DNA of 64,000 bases. Origin: an uncultured Acidobacteriota bacterium. GTDB taxonomy: Bacteria > Acidobacteriota > UBA6911. The notes under the pieces are model-generated. The model was not told the DNA's origin. It worked only from the letters and a program-made list of their open reading frames with translations, and searched no databases. Every line of letters starts with the position of its first letter. Positions within the stretch are counted from its first letter, which is position 1. The translations under genes and the position numbers were made by a program. Shown here in pieces: positions 10,901-20,334 of the stretch. The stretch lies in assembly GCA_963827655.1 (NCBI GenBank), contig CAWHCF010000044.1, positions 160,001 through 224,000 on the forward strand, written 5' to 3'.

Positions 10901-11212
10901 TGGCCGTTGGAGGAGCAGGGCCACATCACTCTGGAGTATCTCAGCCAGGGGAAGATCGATCTCGTCATCAATATTCCGAAGAACTACCAGGAGGAGGAGC
11001 TGACCAACGACTATATCATTCGTCGCCGCGCCGCCGATTTTGGCGTCCCGTTGATCACAAATATACAACTGGCGGAGCGGTTCGTGGATGCCCTTTCCAG
11101 GAAACGACTCGATGATTTGGAGATCAAGAGCTGGAGCGAGTACGAAGGCCGGGTATCGGACCTCGATGTAAGTCCAATGAAGCCTGTCTTCTCGTACAAG
11201 GAAACTGCGTAG
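7955..11212 (+). CDS. carB: Carbamoyl-phosphate synthase large subunit
   Basis: IGEAGEFDYSGSQA, two ATP-grasp domains (GIHTGES, GVHSGDA), C-terminal MGS domain, 1085 aa. Confidence 0.97.
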   Translation: MMNEKPTKVLVLGSGALKIGEAGEFDYSGSQAIKALKDEGIRTILVNPNIATIQTSDYLADQIYFLPINRYFVERVIEKERPDGIMLGFGGQTALNCGLDLERNGVLDRYGVRILGTPIQAIRETEDRDLFVKKLAEISVKVPRSAAATSVEEAVSIASEIGYPVMLRVAYALGGLGSGLCESEDEVHDRATRAFAHSPQVLIEEYLTGWKEVEYEVVRDRYDNCVTVCNMENFDPMGIHTGESIVVAPSQTLTNSEYHLLRQISIQVVRHLGIVGECNIQFALDPNSQDYRVIEVNARLSRSSALASKATGYPLALVAAKLGLGYGLTELQNSITSVTSACFEPALDYVVVKIPRWDLQKFRRVSKRLGSGMKSVGEVMAIGRKFEEALQKALRMLDIGVGGLVGNDSFRFSDLERELHEPTHERIFAIPEAIKQGYSIDRIHELSRIDKWFLHKIEKIVDIEGRVRQSAGRQCSRELLMEAKRSGFADQQIARSMGFEEAQIRELRHEYGIVPCVKQIDTLAAEYPAQTNYLYLTYNGQEDDVAFNGKNSVIVLGSGAYRIGSSVEFDWCCVNTVLTLRKLGYRTIIINCNPETVSTDYNECDKLYFDQLNLETVLDIYRKENPIGIIISVGGQIPNNLAMRLQEAGVNVLGTSPSSIDAAEDRHKFSQLLDQLGIEQPAWKELVSIEEAKAFAQKVGYPVLVRPSYVLSGAAMSVASNDAELAKFLERATEVSPIHPIVLSKFVENAKELEIDAVARDGELVASAISEHVENAGVHSGDATLVLPPQRTYLETMRRIRKITRRIAESLKINGPFNIQFIAKGNEVKVIECNLRASRSFPFVSKILRVNFIDLATRVIMGHAVPKLNGSLLEVDYVGVKAPHFSFMRLDGADPTLGVEMASTGEVACLGDDFDEAFLKSLLSVGYRLPVRNVFLSTGPIEHKAAFLESTRVLKNLGVNIYATKGTAEFLRSNDIETTTLPWPLEEQGHITLEYLSQGKIDLVINIPKNYQEEELTNDYIIRRRAADFGVPLITNIQLAERFVDALSRKRLDDLEIKSWSEYEGRVSDLDVSPMKPVFSYKETA

Positions 11213-11413
11213 ATTGACCCCGTTGCATCCTCTTCGCGTTTACTTCCTACCGACTAGATCTACCGCCCGAATAATCACACCGTTCAGTCAAATCCCTAAC
11301 ATGAAACTTTCGCGACCCAAAACTATCAGTCAGATTCTCGTCCTTAGGCTTGGCGGTGGCGCTCTTTTTCGCCCTAACTGCTAAGAAACAAAGACGTAAA
11401 GAAAAGATAAAGT

Positions 11414-12103
11414 ATGAGTTTTGCGACCAAAGCCGTTCCTAGCACCATTCGTGTGTTCTTACTAGGCGAGCACGCGCTCATTCGCGCAGGCCTGAAAATG
11501 CTGATCGAAAGCCGTGCCGGATTGACGGTTGTGGGAGAGGCGGCAACCTACTCCGACGCCCGAGCCGCAGGGCTTCGACAAGCCGATATCATCGTTCTCG
11601 ATTCGGATCTTGACCGCGATACCAGCCTCGATTTTCTTAACGAGATGGTAGCAAGCGCCAAGCCGGCCCGCATTCTTGTTCTTACGGGAACCGCCGATCT
11701 CGAGTCTCACTACTGTGCGGTGCGTCTGGGCGCAATGGGTGTAGTGGTGAAAGAAAGACCCGCCGACGTGCTCGTGAAGGCTATCGAGAAGGTCCACGCA
11801 GGAGAGATCTGGTTAGACCGATCCGCGATTGCGCGCGTTCTGCGCGGATTGTCGAGCGGGAGCGGAGACTCATCCGGAGACATAGATGACGTCAGAATAG
11901 CAAGCCTCACCGAGCGGGAACGCAACGTCATTGCGGTTATCGGCGAAGGGCTCAAGAATCAGCAGATTGCCGAACGATTGTTCATCAGCGAGACCACGGT
12001 TCGCCACCATCTCAGCTCGATATTCGAAAAACTCGGGGTCTCGGACCGGCTCGAGCTACTGGTTTACGCATACCGCCATAAGCTCGCTAAACCTCCGATC
12101 TAG
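11414..12103 (+). CDS. NarL/FixJ-family response regulator (REC + LuxR HTH)
   Basis: HALIRAGLKMLI, DIIVLD, LTERERNV...GLKNQQIAERLFISETTVRHHLSSIFEKLGV. Confidence 0.93.
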   Translation: MSFATKAVPSTIRVFLLGEHALIRAGLKMLIESRAGLTVVGEAATYSDARAAGLRQADIIVLDSDLDRDTSLDFLNEMVASAKPARILVLTGTADLESHYCAVRLGAMGVVVKERPADVLVKAIEKVHAGEIWLDRSAIARVLRGLSSGSGDSSGDIDDVRIASLTERERNVIAVIGEGLKNQQIAERLFISETTVRHHLSSIFEKLGVSDRLELLVYAYRHKLAKPPI

Positions 12104-12273
12104 CGGGTTGGCCAGGCCGCCATGGGCGGGGCACTCTTGTGCCCCCCTGAATAGGCGCATACGCCCATGCGGGTCTGGTAAAAAATGGTCTAATTCGCCT
12201 AGTGAAAATGGTCGCTCGCACCGATGCGCCGTCTGTGCGAACCATCTAGAATATTCCACTTAGGGTACACGTT

Positions 12274-12603
12274 ATGTACAGCACCCAGAAGCCGGCCTGT
12301 AGAGAGAAGCCTCGCATCAAAGTTTCGTTTCCGGCGAGACTACGTACGGTCGGCACCACTAGCGAGGTTCTCGAAATGGATGGTCAGGTCGAGAATGTCA
12401 GCGGTGGAGGTCTGTACCTGCGGCTGCCCCATTCTCTCGGGCAGAACACTAAAGTGAACGTCGTATTCCGGTTCTCTCACGTGTCAGACGCAACTACGCC
12501 CGCTGCGCGGGTCGCCGTTCGCGGAGTCGTACTACGCGCAGATCCGCTGCCGGACGGTTCATGCGGAGTAGCGTTAGCGTTCAGGCGCTACCGGTTCTTT
12601 TAG
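12274..12603 (+). CDS. Stand-alone PilZ-domain protein
   Basis: RxxxR (REKPR) and NxSxxG (NVSGGG) motifs; C-terminal GVVLR...GVALAF. Confidence 0.82.
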   Translation: MYSTQKPACREKPRIKVSFPARLRTVGTTSEVLEMDGQVENVSGGGLYLRLPHSLGQNTKVNVVFRFSHVSDATTPAARVAVRGVVLRADPLPDGSCGVALAFRRYRFF

Positions 12604-12641
12604 ACGCTTCAACCTCGGGTGCCCTCAAAGGAGTCACTGGA

Positions 12642-12824
12642 GTGAAAATCGTAGCCCGAATCGAGAAGGTGGCAGCCGATCAGTACCTGCTGGACGGAAA
12701 ACAGTTTGATTCATTTCTCAACGCACGCCGGGAAATGGCCGAACGCATAAAGCGCCGCCGGCTCGAACGGCAGTCCCGAACCTCCCGCCAAGGGATGGCT
12801 TCGCTCAGGGCCACCGGTGCGTGA
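12642..12824 (+). CDS. Small basic hypothetical protein (60 aa)
   Basis: AAGGAG RBS at 12628-12633, then GTG; VKIVARIEKVAADQYLLDGKQFDSFLNARRE... Confidence 0.45.
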   Translation: MKIVARIEKVAADQYLLDGKQFDSFLNARREMAERIKRRRLERQSRTSRQGMASLRATGA

Positions 12825-12900
12825 TTCGCCGTGAAGGCGACAGGAAAGTACGATCGCAAGCGGCGCGCCGAACTGTCTGCGGTCAGTAACCAATATTAAC

Positions 12901-12960
12901 GGGATGGCGATTACTGGGCGCCTCGTAAAAGAGGCGCCTGGCTTCCCCTATCGTCATCCC
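12901..12960. other. 60-nt imperfect hairpin (terminator or RNA element)
   Basis: GGGATGGCGAT/ATCGTCATCCC outer stem; GGCGCCTC-GTAAAA-GAGGCGCC inner stem. Confidence 0.55.
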
Positions 12961-13761
12961 GACCAGATTCCAGGTAACATCAGAGACTAACAGGCGGTCT
13001 CACACAATCCCACCTTTCCTTCGTAACTAATCCTTTCTTAATACGCATGCGTGTCACCTTGTACGCGCATCGGTCTGCGCCGGCTCTCGTGTTAAGATTG
13101 GTCAGCTAAGCGGCTAAACTCCTGGAATCCTGCTATCTGCGTAACCTGGCTGGCATCCATTGATAGTGGTTCCACGTCCTAAAACGGCAGATTGACGTGG
13201 TCGAGGTGACGCGGCGGGCCAAGACGGTGGCGAAAGGTTAACTTGGATGGTGACTACCGGAAGGCTCCAACCGTCATAGGAGCCGTTTTGATTATGCGGT
13301 GGCGACTCTCAAGCGTCCCGATCCAAGGCTTGACCCTCTATATGGATCGATGCTCGAACAATTTGCTGAGGCCGGGCCGGAAGTAGTCAATCTGACGAAG
13401 CACATTTCACAACAAACGCCTCATCTCTAAGCCTCATCATCCACTGCATGCTGGAATGGTGTTATCCTCTTTGGTTCAGGAGGTTCAAATGATCCCAACT
13501 AATTGGAACCGCCGTTAAGAAACGCAAACCGTCAGCGTCCCGAGAGGAGCGGAGATCTCGCCGCAACTAACCAATTGCTAACACGCTTCACTGCCAACTC
13601 TCATTGGAAACGGGTTCCCGATCTACAGCAATCAGTCGCGTCTATGACGAATTGTTGCAGGCGAGCCTATCACGGGCTTCTTTCCAGGCAATGCTGAACT
13701 CTCGGCTCAGAAATTCATAGTTTTCGACGCCGGCTTCGAAGTTCCCGGTTCCGCTTGATTA

Positions 13762-15661
13762 CTACTGCGTGGTGCGGAGGTTCCTGGGCGGCCCGGGTTT
13801 GCCAGCCTGCGATCCCTGTAGCGCTCCCAGGTCTGGCTTGGACCCCGAGAAATAGCCTGCTGTCATCCCCGGCAAGGCCGGGTAGGTTATTCCGGCGATG
13901 GTAAAAGGTCTCGAGACGTCAATGCCGGAGCTTCGGGCGTCGCTTCCTGCGGGCAGCGCAAAATCCGGCAAGGTTGTGTCATTCCACACTTTCCTGTTCC
14001 AGGCAATAATATTGTTGCTTCCATACCATTTGCGAAAACCCATCGACGCCCCACCCAGCCAGTTATAGTCAAAAAGACCCATGTTCCTCTTTTCTTGGAG
14101 GGTAGTCTCCGTGTTATATACACAATCAGCTGAAATGATATTGTTTACAATATACGTTTTCGGCATTCCATAACCCGGACTAAACTCGGCCATCAAGAAC
14201 GCATCCCGTCCACCGGCGACGCTGTTATGATAAAAGTAGATTTCTGCCTCCGAATCCCTGTTCATCCAGGCCCAGGCATTAAAGAAGATATGATCTGCGG
14301 TACCGGGAGGGTTGTAAAACCGATTTCGATAGATGTCTAAGCGACGATACCCTTCCTGGAGGTTGAAAAGACGCATGTTATACTTATTGTCATAAACTAG
14401 ATTGTCGTATATTACTGCGCTTGCCCGGTAGATCTCGAATCCTTGGCCTGAATGGTTGTGAATAGTGTTGTTGTAGATCTTGTTTCCGGAGGTCTCATCC
14501 CAGAGTCTAATTCCGACTATTGACTCAAACAAATGATTTGAATAGACCTCGTTGTTATTTGCCTGGTCCCATATCCGGATATTGTGATCGTCTTCCGTGG
14601 TGCCTCCGACGAGAAACTTGTTTACGTGATAGAGATGATACGTAATCCAGCCCGCATAAGTATCGTCCCCGACGCCCGGCTTGAAACTGCCTAACCCGTT
14701 CATCTTCATTTCATTGTTACGAATGTGATTCGAAGACGCGCCACCGTAGAGAAAAACTCTCGTATTTCCATTGGTGAGATAGTTCTCTTCAATAATGTTA
14801 TTCCTGGCTGAAGCTCCACGTATCAATACCGCGTTTCTGGCGGCGCGAATCCAGAAACCCTTTATCTTGATGTTGCTCTTATCATAAATGGCGACTGCTG
14901 CGCTCTCAGGAGCGGAATATTCAGTTCGCGGGCCCGGCGATGATCGTATGTTCTTGCTGCTAGGATTATCGCCATTGCGAAAGCGGATGTAAGTAACGCC
15001 GTTCCGATAACCGAAAAGCGCCTCCACTCCATCCCAGTAATTGATGTTAGGAGAACCCGAATAACGGACAACAGCGTTCGCAGGCCTGGCCAGGGCATCG
15101 AATCCCGTGCCCGTCGGCATTCTCCACCAGCTTTCCGTTCATGGAACTCGAATTGATCCGCCAGATCGTTTTATCATCGACGGTCATGGCATACGGCTCA
15201 TATCCAATGCTGGTGGTTTTGTATACTCCAGAACCTACCTCCGGGGCCGGAGCCCATCCAGTCACGGGATTACCTCCATCAATGATGGTCAGCCACTCTC
15301 CCTTGGCCCCTCGCTCCCCTTGGAACGTAATGGGCTGCCCTGCCGTACCATTCACATTGATTTGAACCCGCTCGTAGTATGTTCCCGCTTTAACCATAAC
15401 GGTGTCACCGGCAGCGGCGGCATTTGCAGCTTTCTGGACAGTACGCCAGGGCTGGGCCGATGTCCCCGGATTGTTGTCGGATCCAGAGGGCAAAACGTAG
15501 TAGGTCGCAGCAACAGCGCTTGAGGTAAAGCTCGCGGCGAGAACGACAGTTATCATGATCGACACCATCCAATCAAGCCGGGCCTGACCGGAAGCCGCTT
15601 TGACATATGGACTTCGCTGGAGTTGGACTCGAGCTTTAGGGGGATTCTTAGTCATGTGCAT
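13762..15661 (-). CDS. Secreted right-handed beta-helix (pectin-lyase-fold/DUF1565-like) protein, paralog 1 (frameshift near 15117)
   Basis: Signal-like segment, then AATYYVLPSGSDNNPGTSAQPWRTVQKAA..AGDTVMVKAGTY; Asn-rich parallel beta-helix repeats; PDLGALQ near the C-terminus. Confidence 0.85.
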
Positions 15662-15679
15662 TCTCCTTTGAAGCCGCGG

Positions 15680-15688
15680 AATATATCA
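15680..15688 (-). promoter_or_regulatory. Extended -10 promoter of beta-helix paralog 1
   Basis: TGaTATATT on the minus strand; an equivalent motif lies upstream of paralogs 2 and 3. Confidence 0.5.
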
Positions 15689-15812
15689 CAAAAGAACATG
15701 CTATGGGCAAGCGTTCTCTTTCGGTAACCGACGGATTGACCAATTCTTCGACAAGGGTTAAAGCGATGTGACCCAGTTTGCGCAATCCTATCCACCGATT
15801 AGGACTGACTCA

Positions 15813-16690
15813 CTCGATGTTGGTCAAATAAGGTGCTGAGCCGAGGCGCTGGATCAAGAAGTCTGGACGCTCGCGATGAAATCGAATAGACTCTGCCCAG
15901 CGGGAGATTCACCCAACAGCGCACCTGTCAGCTTGGCATCGTACCAAGGCGAGACTACTCCGCGAACGTAGGGTGGCCGTGTGATACCAGGAGCTGTTTT
16001 CGGGACGGCAATCTGGTCGCCTTGGCTCAAGTGTAGGGGGCTCAGTGATGAGCGCGAGACCAGGACCATGCTGAGACGGCGATCGGGCGGGCCTGACCAT
16101 TGGCGCTGGGTCTCCAGCCCGAGATGGCTCGCCTTCGTTAAAGGGTGGACATCCACCGCCCAACGCATAATCGGGCCGTCAGGATCAGTCCTGAACTGCT
16201 CTGCGGCCGGTACAAAGCGGTGATGCGTAATTGTCCTTGGGTCACACACGAGCATAAATCGCAGGTTTGGGGCCGCGCCTGCCTGGGGAGTTGGGGCCCG
16301 GCAGGCGACACAGTGCCCCCATCCCACGGCAGCCGCGGACTATGACGACTTGGCTTTCACACACGCCGGCCTCAACGACACCGTTTCAAGGCCGCTCTCG
16401 CCGAACAACACCGGACGGCGCCGTGGTGACCTGCCCTCGCACTTGGTTAATGATTTGTCGGACCCAGTCGACACTGGTTTTTGTACCGCCGCCCGGAACC
16501 CTCGTCCTGGGGGCCAAAACAGAGGAATAAGATCGCAGCGCCCTATTGCCGAGATTCTGGTCACGACCGCACCGGAACGTGTGGCGGTGTCTTGACGCTC
16601 GAAGAGGTGCTTCATCCTCCCCGAACGGCAATATCGAACATTACGCCGAGGACTGGCCTCCCTCACGGACGAGCTCTGTAACTCGACGGA
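15813..16690 (-). pseudogene. Degenerate DDE transposase relic (IS701-like/DDE_5 type), copy A
   Basis: Frame-broken motifs KTSVDWVRQIINQVR, TVSL..ACVK, MLVCDP, HLGLETQRQWS, WYH, LALVRC; aligns by eye with 18460-19035. Confidence 0.72.
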
Positions 16691-16700
16691 CCGTCGCTTC

Positions 16701-18469
16701 ATGCTCAGAACAATATCTCGATTCGCTTTCCAACTCAGCAACGGCAACGTTTCTGTATTTGCTACGTTTATGGGCGTTGCCGTTTTGATCGTCATTCTAA
16801 GGTCGCTCGCCTCCTATGAGATACTCATCGACGATATGGGTGTACAGATAGAAGCAGGTTACCGGCTGGTATCAGGCTTCGGGCTCACACATAGTTCATT
16901 TGACCTTTGGGGATCATTGAGAGATCTCACTAAGCCTGTTCAGCGCAAATATCTGACAGCGTTTCCGCCATTTTTATCTCTCTATGTCGCAGGTGCTCTG
17001 TCCCTCGGCCTATCGCTCGTTACCTCCCTGAAGTTATTATTCAGTTTTGTTACGCTTGCTGGTTGGCTTGGATGGGCATGATTGGTAGTCTGATAATGAG
17101 CCGCCGACTTGACTTGAAGCATGTAAAAGCTCCTGCGCATATTCTAATTGCCTGCCTCCTACCCCTTCTTTTTACGCCGCCATGGCAAGGAACCGATATT
17201 ATTCTATGGGCGGGTACTCCATTTGTAATTCTCTTGCTGCTGTATTCACTGGAAGATGATTCGCAGTGGAGATATATCGCGGCGGCAGGATTGTTGTCCG
17301 GCTTTCTATACTCAGTGCGCTACGCCAGTGCCTATCTTGCCGTCGCGGCGTTCCTCATTATTGCGTAATTTCATCACCGGCAGATCAAGAACCTCGTCCG
17401 CGTATATGGCTCTTTCTGGCTGCATCAATGGTCTTTATTCTACCGACTGCGCTGTATGGAAAATATGCCAAGGCGCAAACCGCAGGAATCACAGAACATG
17501 TTCGTCTTGACTCAAGTCTCGCCCTAGACAATCTCAAAAACGTCATATACGCTCTGACCCACGGTCTCACGCCATATATATTTTGGATTCCGCAAAGCGT
17601 TCGTCTCACACTCTTCCGAGTTAATAACAACCCCTCATTGCAACTTGCTTGTGGCGTCTTAACCGTGCTCCGTACTGCTTCTCGCACCATTTTTCATTCT
17701 TCGCTATGCTGACAGAAAGCAAGATGAGAAGGGGGTTGCCAGACGACACCTTGCGGTAGCTCTTGGTCTGATTATACTGTCTTTATTATTGTTCTTGGCG
17801 CTTGCATCGGTTTTCATGGCAAAGGAAGCCTCCCAGATGGATACCAGTTTGTATTAGACTCGCGGTATTACATTGCTTCCGGCGGTGCCTCTGTCTTTAT
17901 TTTTTACTACCTTTGCACTCAGAACAACCGAGAAGAGGTGGTCGGTTGTGCCCAAGAGAATCTTTACCCTTATTATAATTGGGTTTATTGGTTACTGTGT
18001 TGCCTTGCCGACCTTGGCATTTGTGGCGCCTAGCAACAACATTTCGCATCTGATTAAACATTTCCTGCCGTCACGCGTTGCCGGTACGACACTCGATAGA
18101 GCGTACCCGAGTAATGAGCTGATTCGTCCGAAAAAGACAATACGGGTTGTCCAACAACTCAGCGCGGAGGAACCGCAAGCAATATTTTTTATGACTGCTT
18201 ATTACAATATACTCTTTGATAATTTCAACCCGCAGCTTCGATATTTCTGGACACGAGCCGCCAAAGTTGTATTGACCGGAGCATATGTTTCGAAAAGCAC
18301 TAAAGTCTATTTTGTACTGGGAGAATACGCGGCATCAGATCAGGACTTCTCAACCATCCTGGGCAAATCGGGTTTTCAGGAGTTCATGTCTATTCCTGAG
18401 GATGGAACAACAATTTTCGCTGCACAGTTGCCGGCGGGATTTTCTTTTGACTCCGCGCTGGCCAATTAA
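16701..18469 (+). CDS. Multi-pass membrane protein, GT-C/ArnT-like (several frameshifts)
   Basis: Consecutive hydrophobic ORF fragments (16701, 17063, 17266, 17873). DD motif after the first TM, FPP.LS and VRYAS motifs; more AT-rich than the flanks. Confidence 0.6.
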
Positions 18470-19035
18470 GATGTTCAGCGGGAGGCGCTGGATCACGAGA
18501 TCGAGACCCTCGGGACGAATTGCATAAACTCTGCTTCGAGAGTAGAGTTCACCAAATAGCGCGCGTGTCAGAGATGGCATCGTACCGATGCCAGACAGTC
18601 CGCGAACGTCGGGTAGCCGTGTGACATCAGGGCTGTACCGGAATCGGGCCGGTTCCTCGGGTCACGCACGAGCTCAAATGGCGGGTTTGCGGCTGCGCCT
18701 GCCTGGGGAGTCGGGTCACCGGCAGGCAATGGGGTGCCCGCATCCCACCGCAGCGGCGAGACTATGGCGACTTGGCTTTTCACACACGCCAGCACCAGCG
18801 ACACCGTCGCGAAGCCGCCGCCGAACAACAGCAGGCGGCGCCGTGGTGACCAGCAGCGCACCTGGTTAATCATTTGTCGGACCCAGTCGAAGATGGTTTG
18901 GTGCCGTCGCTGGGAACTCTTCTCCCGAGGCCAGCACCGTACCCTGAGGTACGGCAACGCCGGTCGTGCCCTCGGCGCAGGGACCAAGAGCATCATCGAG
19001 ACTCGCTTCAAGCCAAAGCAAAAGGAGGCCTTCAC
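18460..19035 (-). pseudogene. Degenerate DDE transposase relic (IS701-like/DDE_5 type), copy B
   Basis: CFGLKRVSMMLLVP..ALPYL..RRHQTIFDWVRQMINQVRCW..GGFATVSLVLACVK..LRWDA..LVRDP..PTFADCLASVRCHL. Confidence 0.78.
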
Positions 19036-19716
19036 GTGGGCAATAAGCACGTTGTCATCGTTATCCCGGCATACAATGAAGAACGGACCATCCTCGGGGT
19101 GATTCGCGGGTTAAAGCAACACGGATTCGAGAGGCTCATCGTGGTGGACGACGGGAGCACTGACCGAACCAGTGAACTAGCCTGTCAAGAGGGCGTCATT
19201 CTTCTACGCCACGTCCTTAACCGTGGCCTGGGAGGCGCGTTGGGGACAGGAATCAGCGCGGCTTTGCGTCTCGGCGCGGAGCGCATTGTGACTTTCGATG
19301 CCGACGGCCAGCATGATCCCGATGACATCCCACGGATGCTAGAACCCATTGAAAAAGGGGAAGCGGATGTGGTGATTGGAAGCCGGATGTTGGATCCGAC
19401 TGGCATGCCCTATTCGCGCCGATTGGCGAACTGGATCGCCAATGTTGCAACCTTATTTCTCTTCCGAGGTTGGACGACCGACTCCCAGTCGGGCCTGCGC
19501 GCTTTTTCTGGTCAGGCGGCGACCCGCATGCGGATCATGACCAGCGGCATGGAGGTCAGCTCGGAGATCATCGCCGAGACCGTAAAGAACTCTTTGAAAT
19601 GTAAGGAAGTACGGGTGAAAGCCATTTATACCGATTATTCCCTTTCCAAAGGTCAAAACTTCAAGCTCGGCGTGCAAACGCTGATAAAACTCATCTTGGC
19701 CAAACTACGGAGGTGA
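19036..19716 (+). CDS. GT2 polyprenol-phosphate glycosyltransferase (DPM1-like)
   Basis: AAGGAGG RBS plus GTG at 19036; IPAYNEE, VVDDGSTD, NRGLG, TFDADGQH, TDSQSGLRA. Confidence 0.9.
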   Translation: MGNKHVVIVIPAYNEERTILGVIRGLKQHGFERLIVVDDGSTDRTSELACQEGVILLRHVLNRGLGGALGTGISAALRLGAERIVTFDADGQHDPDDIPRMLEPIEKGEADVVIGSRMLDPTGMPYSRRLANWIANVATLFLFRGWTTDSQSGLRAFSGQAATRMRIMTSGMEVSSEIIAETVKNSLKCKEVRVKAIYTDYSLSKGQNFKLGVQTLIKLILAKLRR

Positions 19717-19720
19717 CGCT

Positions 19721-20080
19721 GTGAGACCCATCCAGTTTTTCCTGCTGGCCTTTGTCGTGGCCGCCTTGGCAAAAGCGATCTACTCCTACAAACAACGGGG
19801 CATTCGAACGCCAAGCTTCCTGTTTTGGACCGTGGTGTGGATGGGAACCGCTTCCATTATCATTTTCCCTGACGCCACATCGGTTCTGGCCCGTCTTCTT
19901 GGGATCGGTCGAGGCGCCGATCTGATCATCTACGCTAGCTTGGTCGCTAGCTTTTATCTGATCTTCCGGATTCATCTGATGCTTGCGCGCCTTGAGCAAG
20001 AGATTACCGAACTGGTCAGGGCTATTGCACTAGAGCGACTGACGTCGCAGGGTCATTCTACCGCAGGGGAGGGGGACTAA
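19721..20080 (+). CDS. DUF2304-family small membrane protein
   Basis: Three TMs; FPD...LARLLGIGRGADL; C-terminal ITELVRAIAL; usual position downstream of a GT2. Confidence 0.82.
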   Translation: MRPIQFFLLAFVVAALAKAIYSYKQRGIRTPSFLFWTVVWMGTASIIIFPDATSVLARLLGIGRGADLIIYASLVASFYLIFRIHLMLARLEQEITELVRAIALERLTSQGHSTAGEGD

Positions 20081-20334
20081 CGATCGGTCACAGAAGGTTC
20101 GTCGTGCACAGATGGCAAAAAGGGGCGAGTAGCGGGCATCTACACCATCCCGTCGCGTGACAGTCCAGGGCCAGCATGACTGAACTCCGCGCCACAGTCT
20201 GTAGGGAAACGGTCTTGCGCCGTTCAAGCCGAAAATGATCCTTTGAGGGCGAGCGGGCCCTTCTATCCCGCTGTGTAACTGACAACGCCAAAGGCGATGC
20301 CTGGGAGTGTACGGAGTCCCGTTGCTGTCACGCA

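Noticed and set aside
10112-11068. Long antisense ORFs (also 47851-48723, 54367-55524, 57449-58612)
   Set aside because: Shadow frames of well-supported genes in GC-rich DNA.
18874-19035. N-terminal extension of the GT2 ORF
   Set aside because: Antisense transposase relic; the real start is GTG 19036 behind AAGGAGG.
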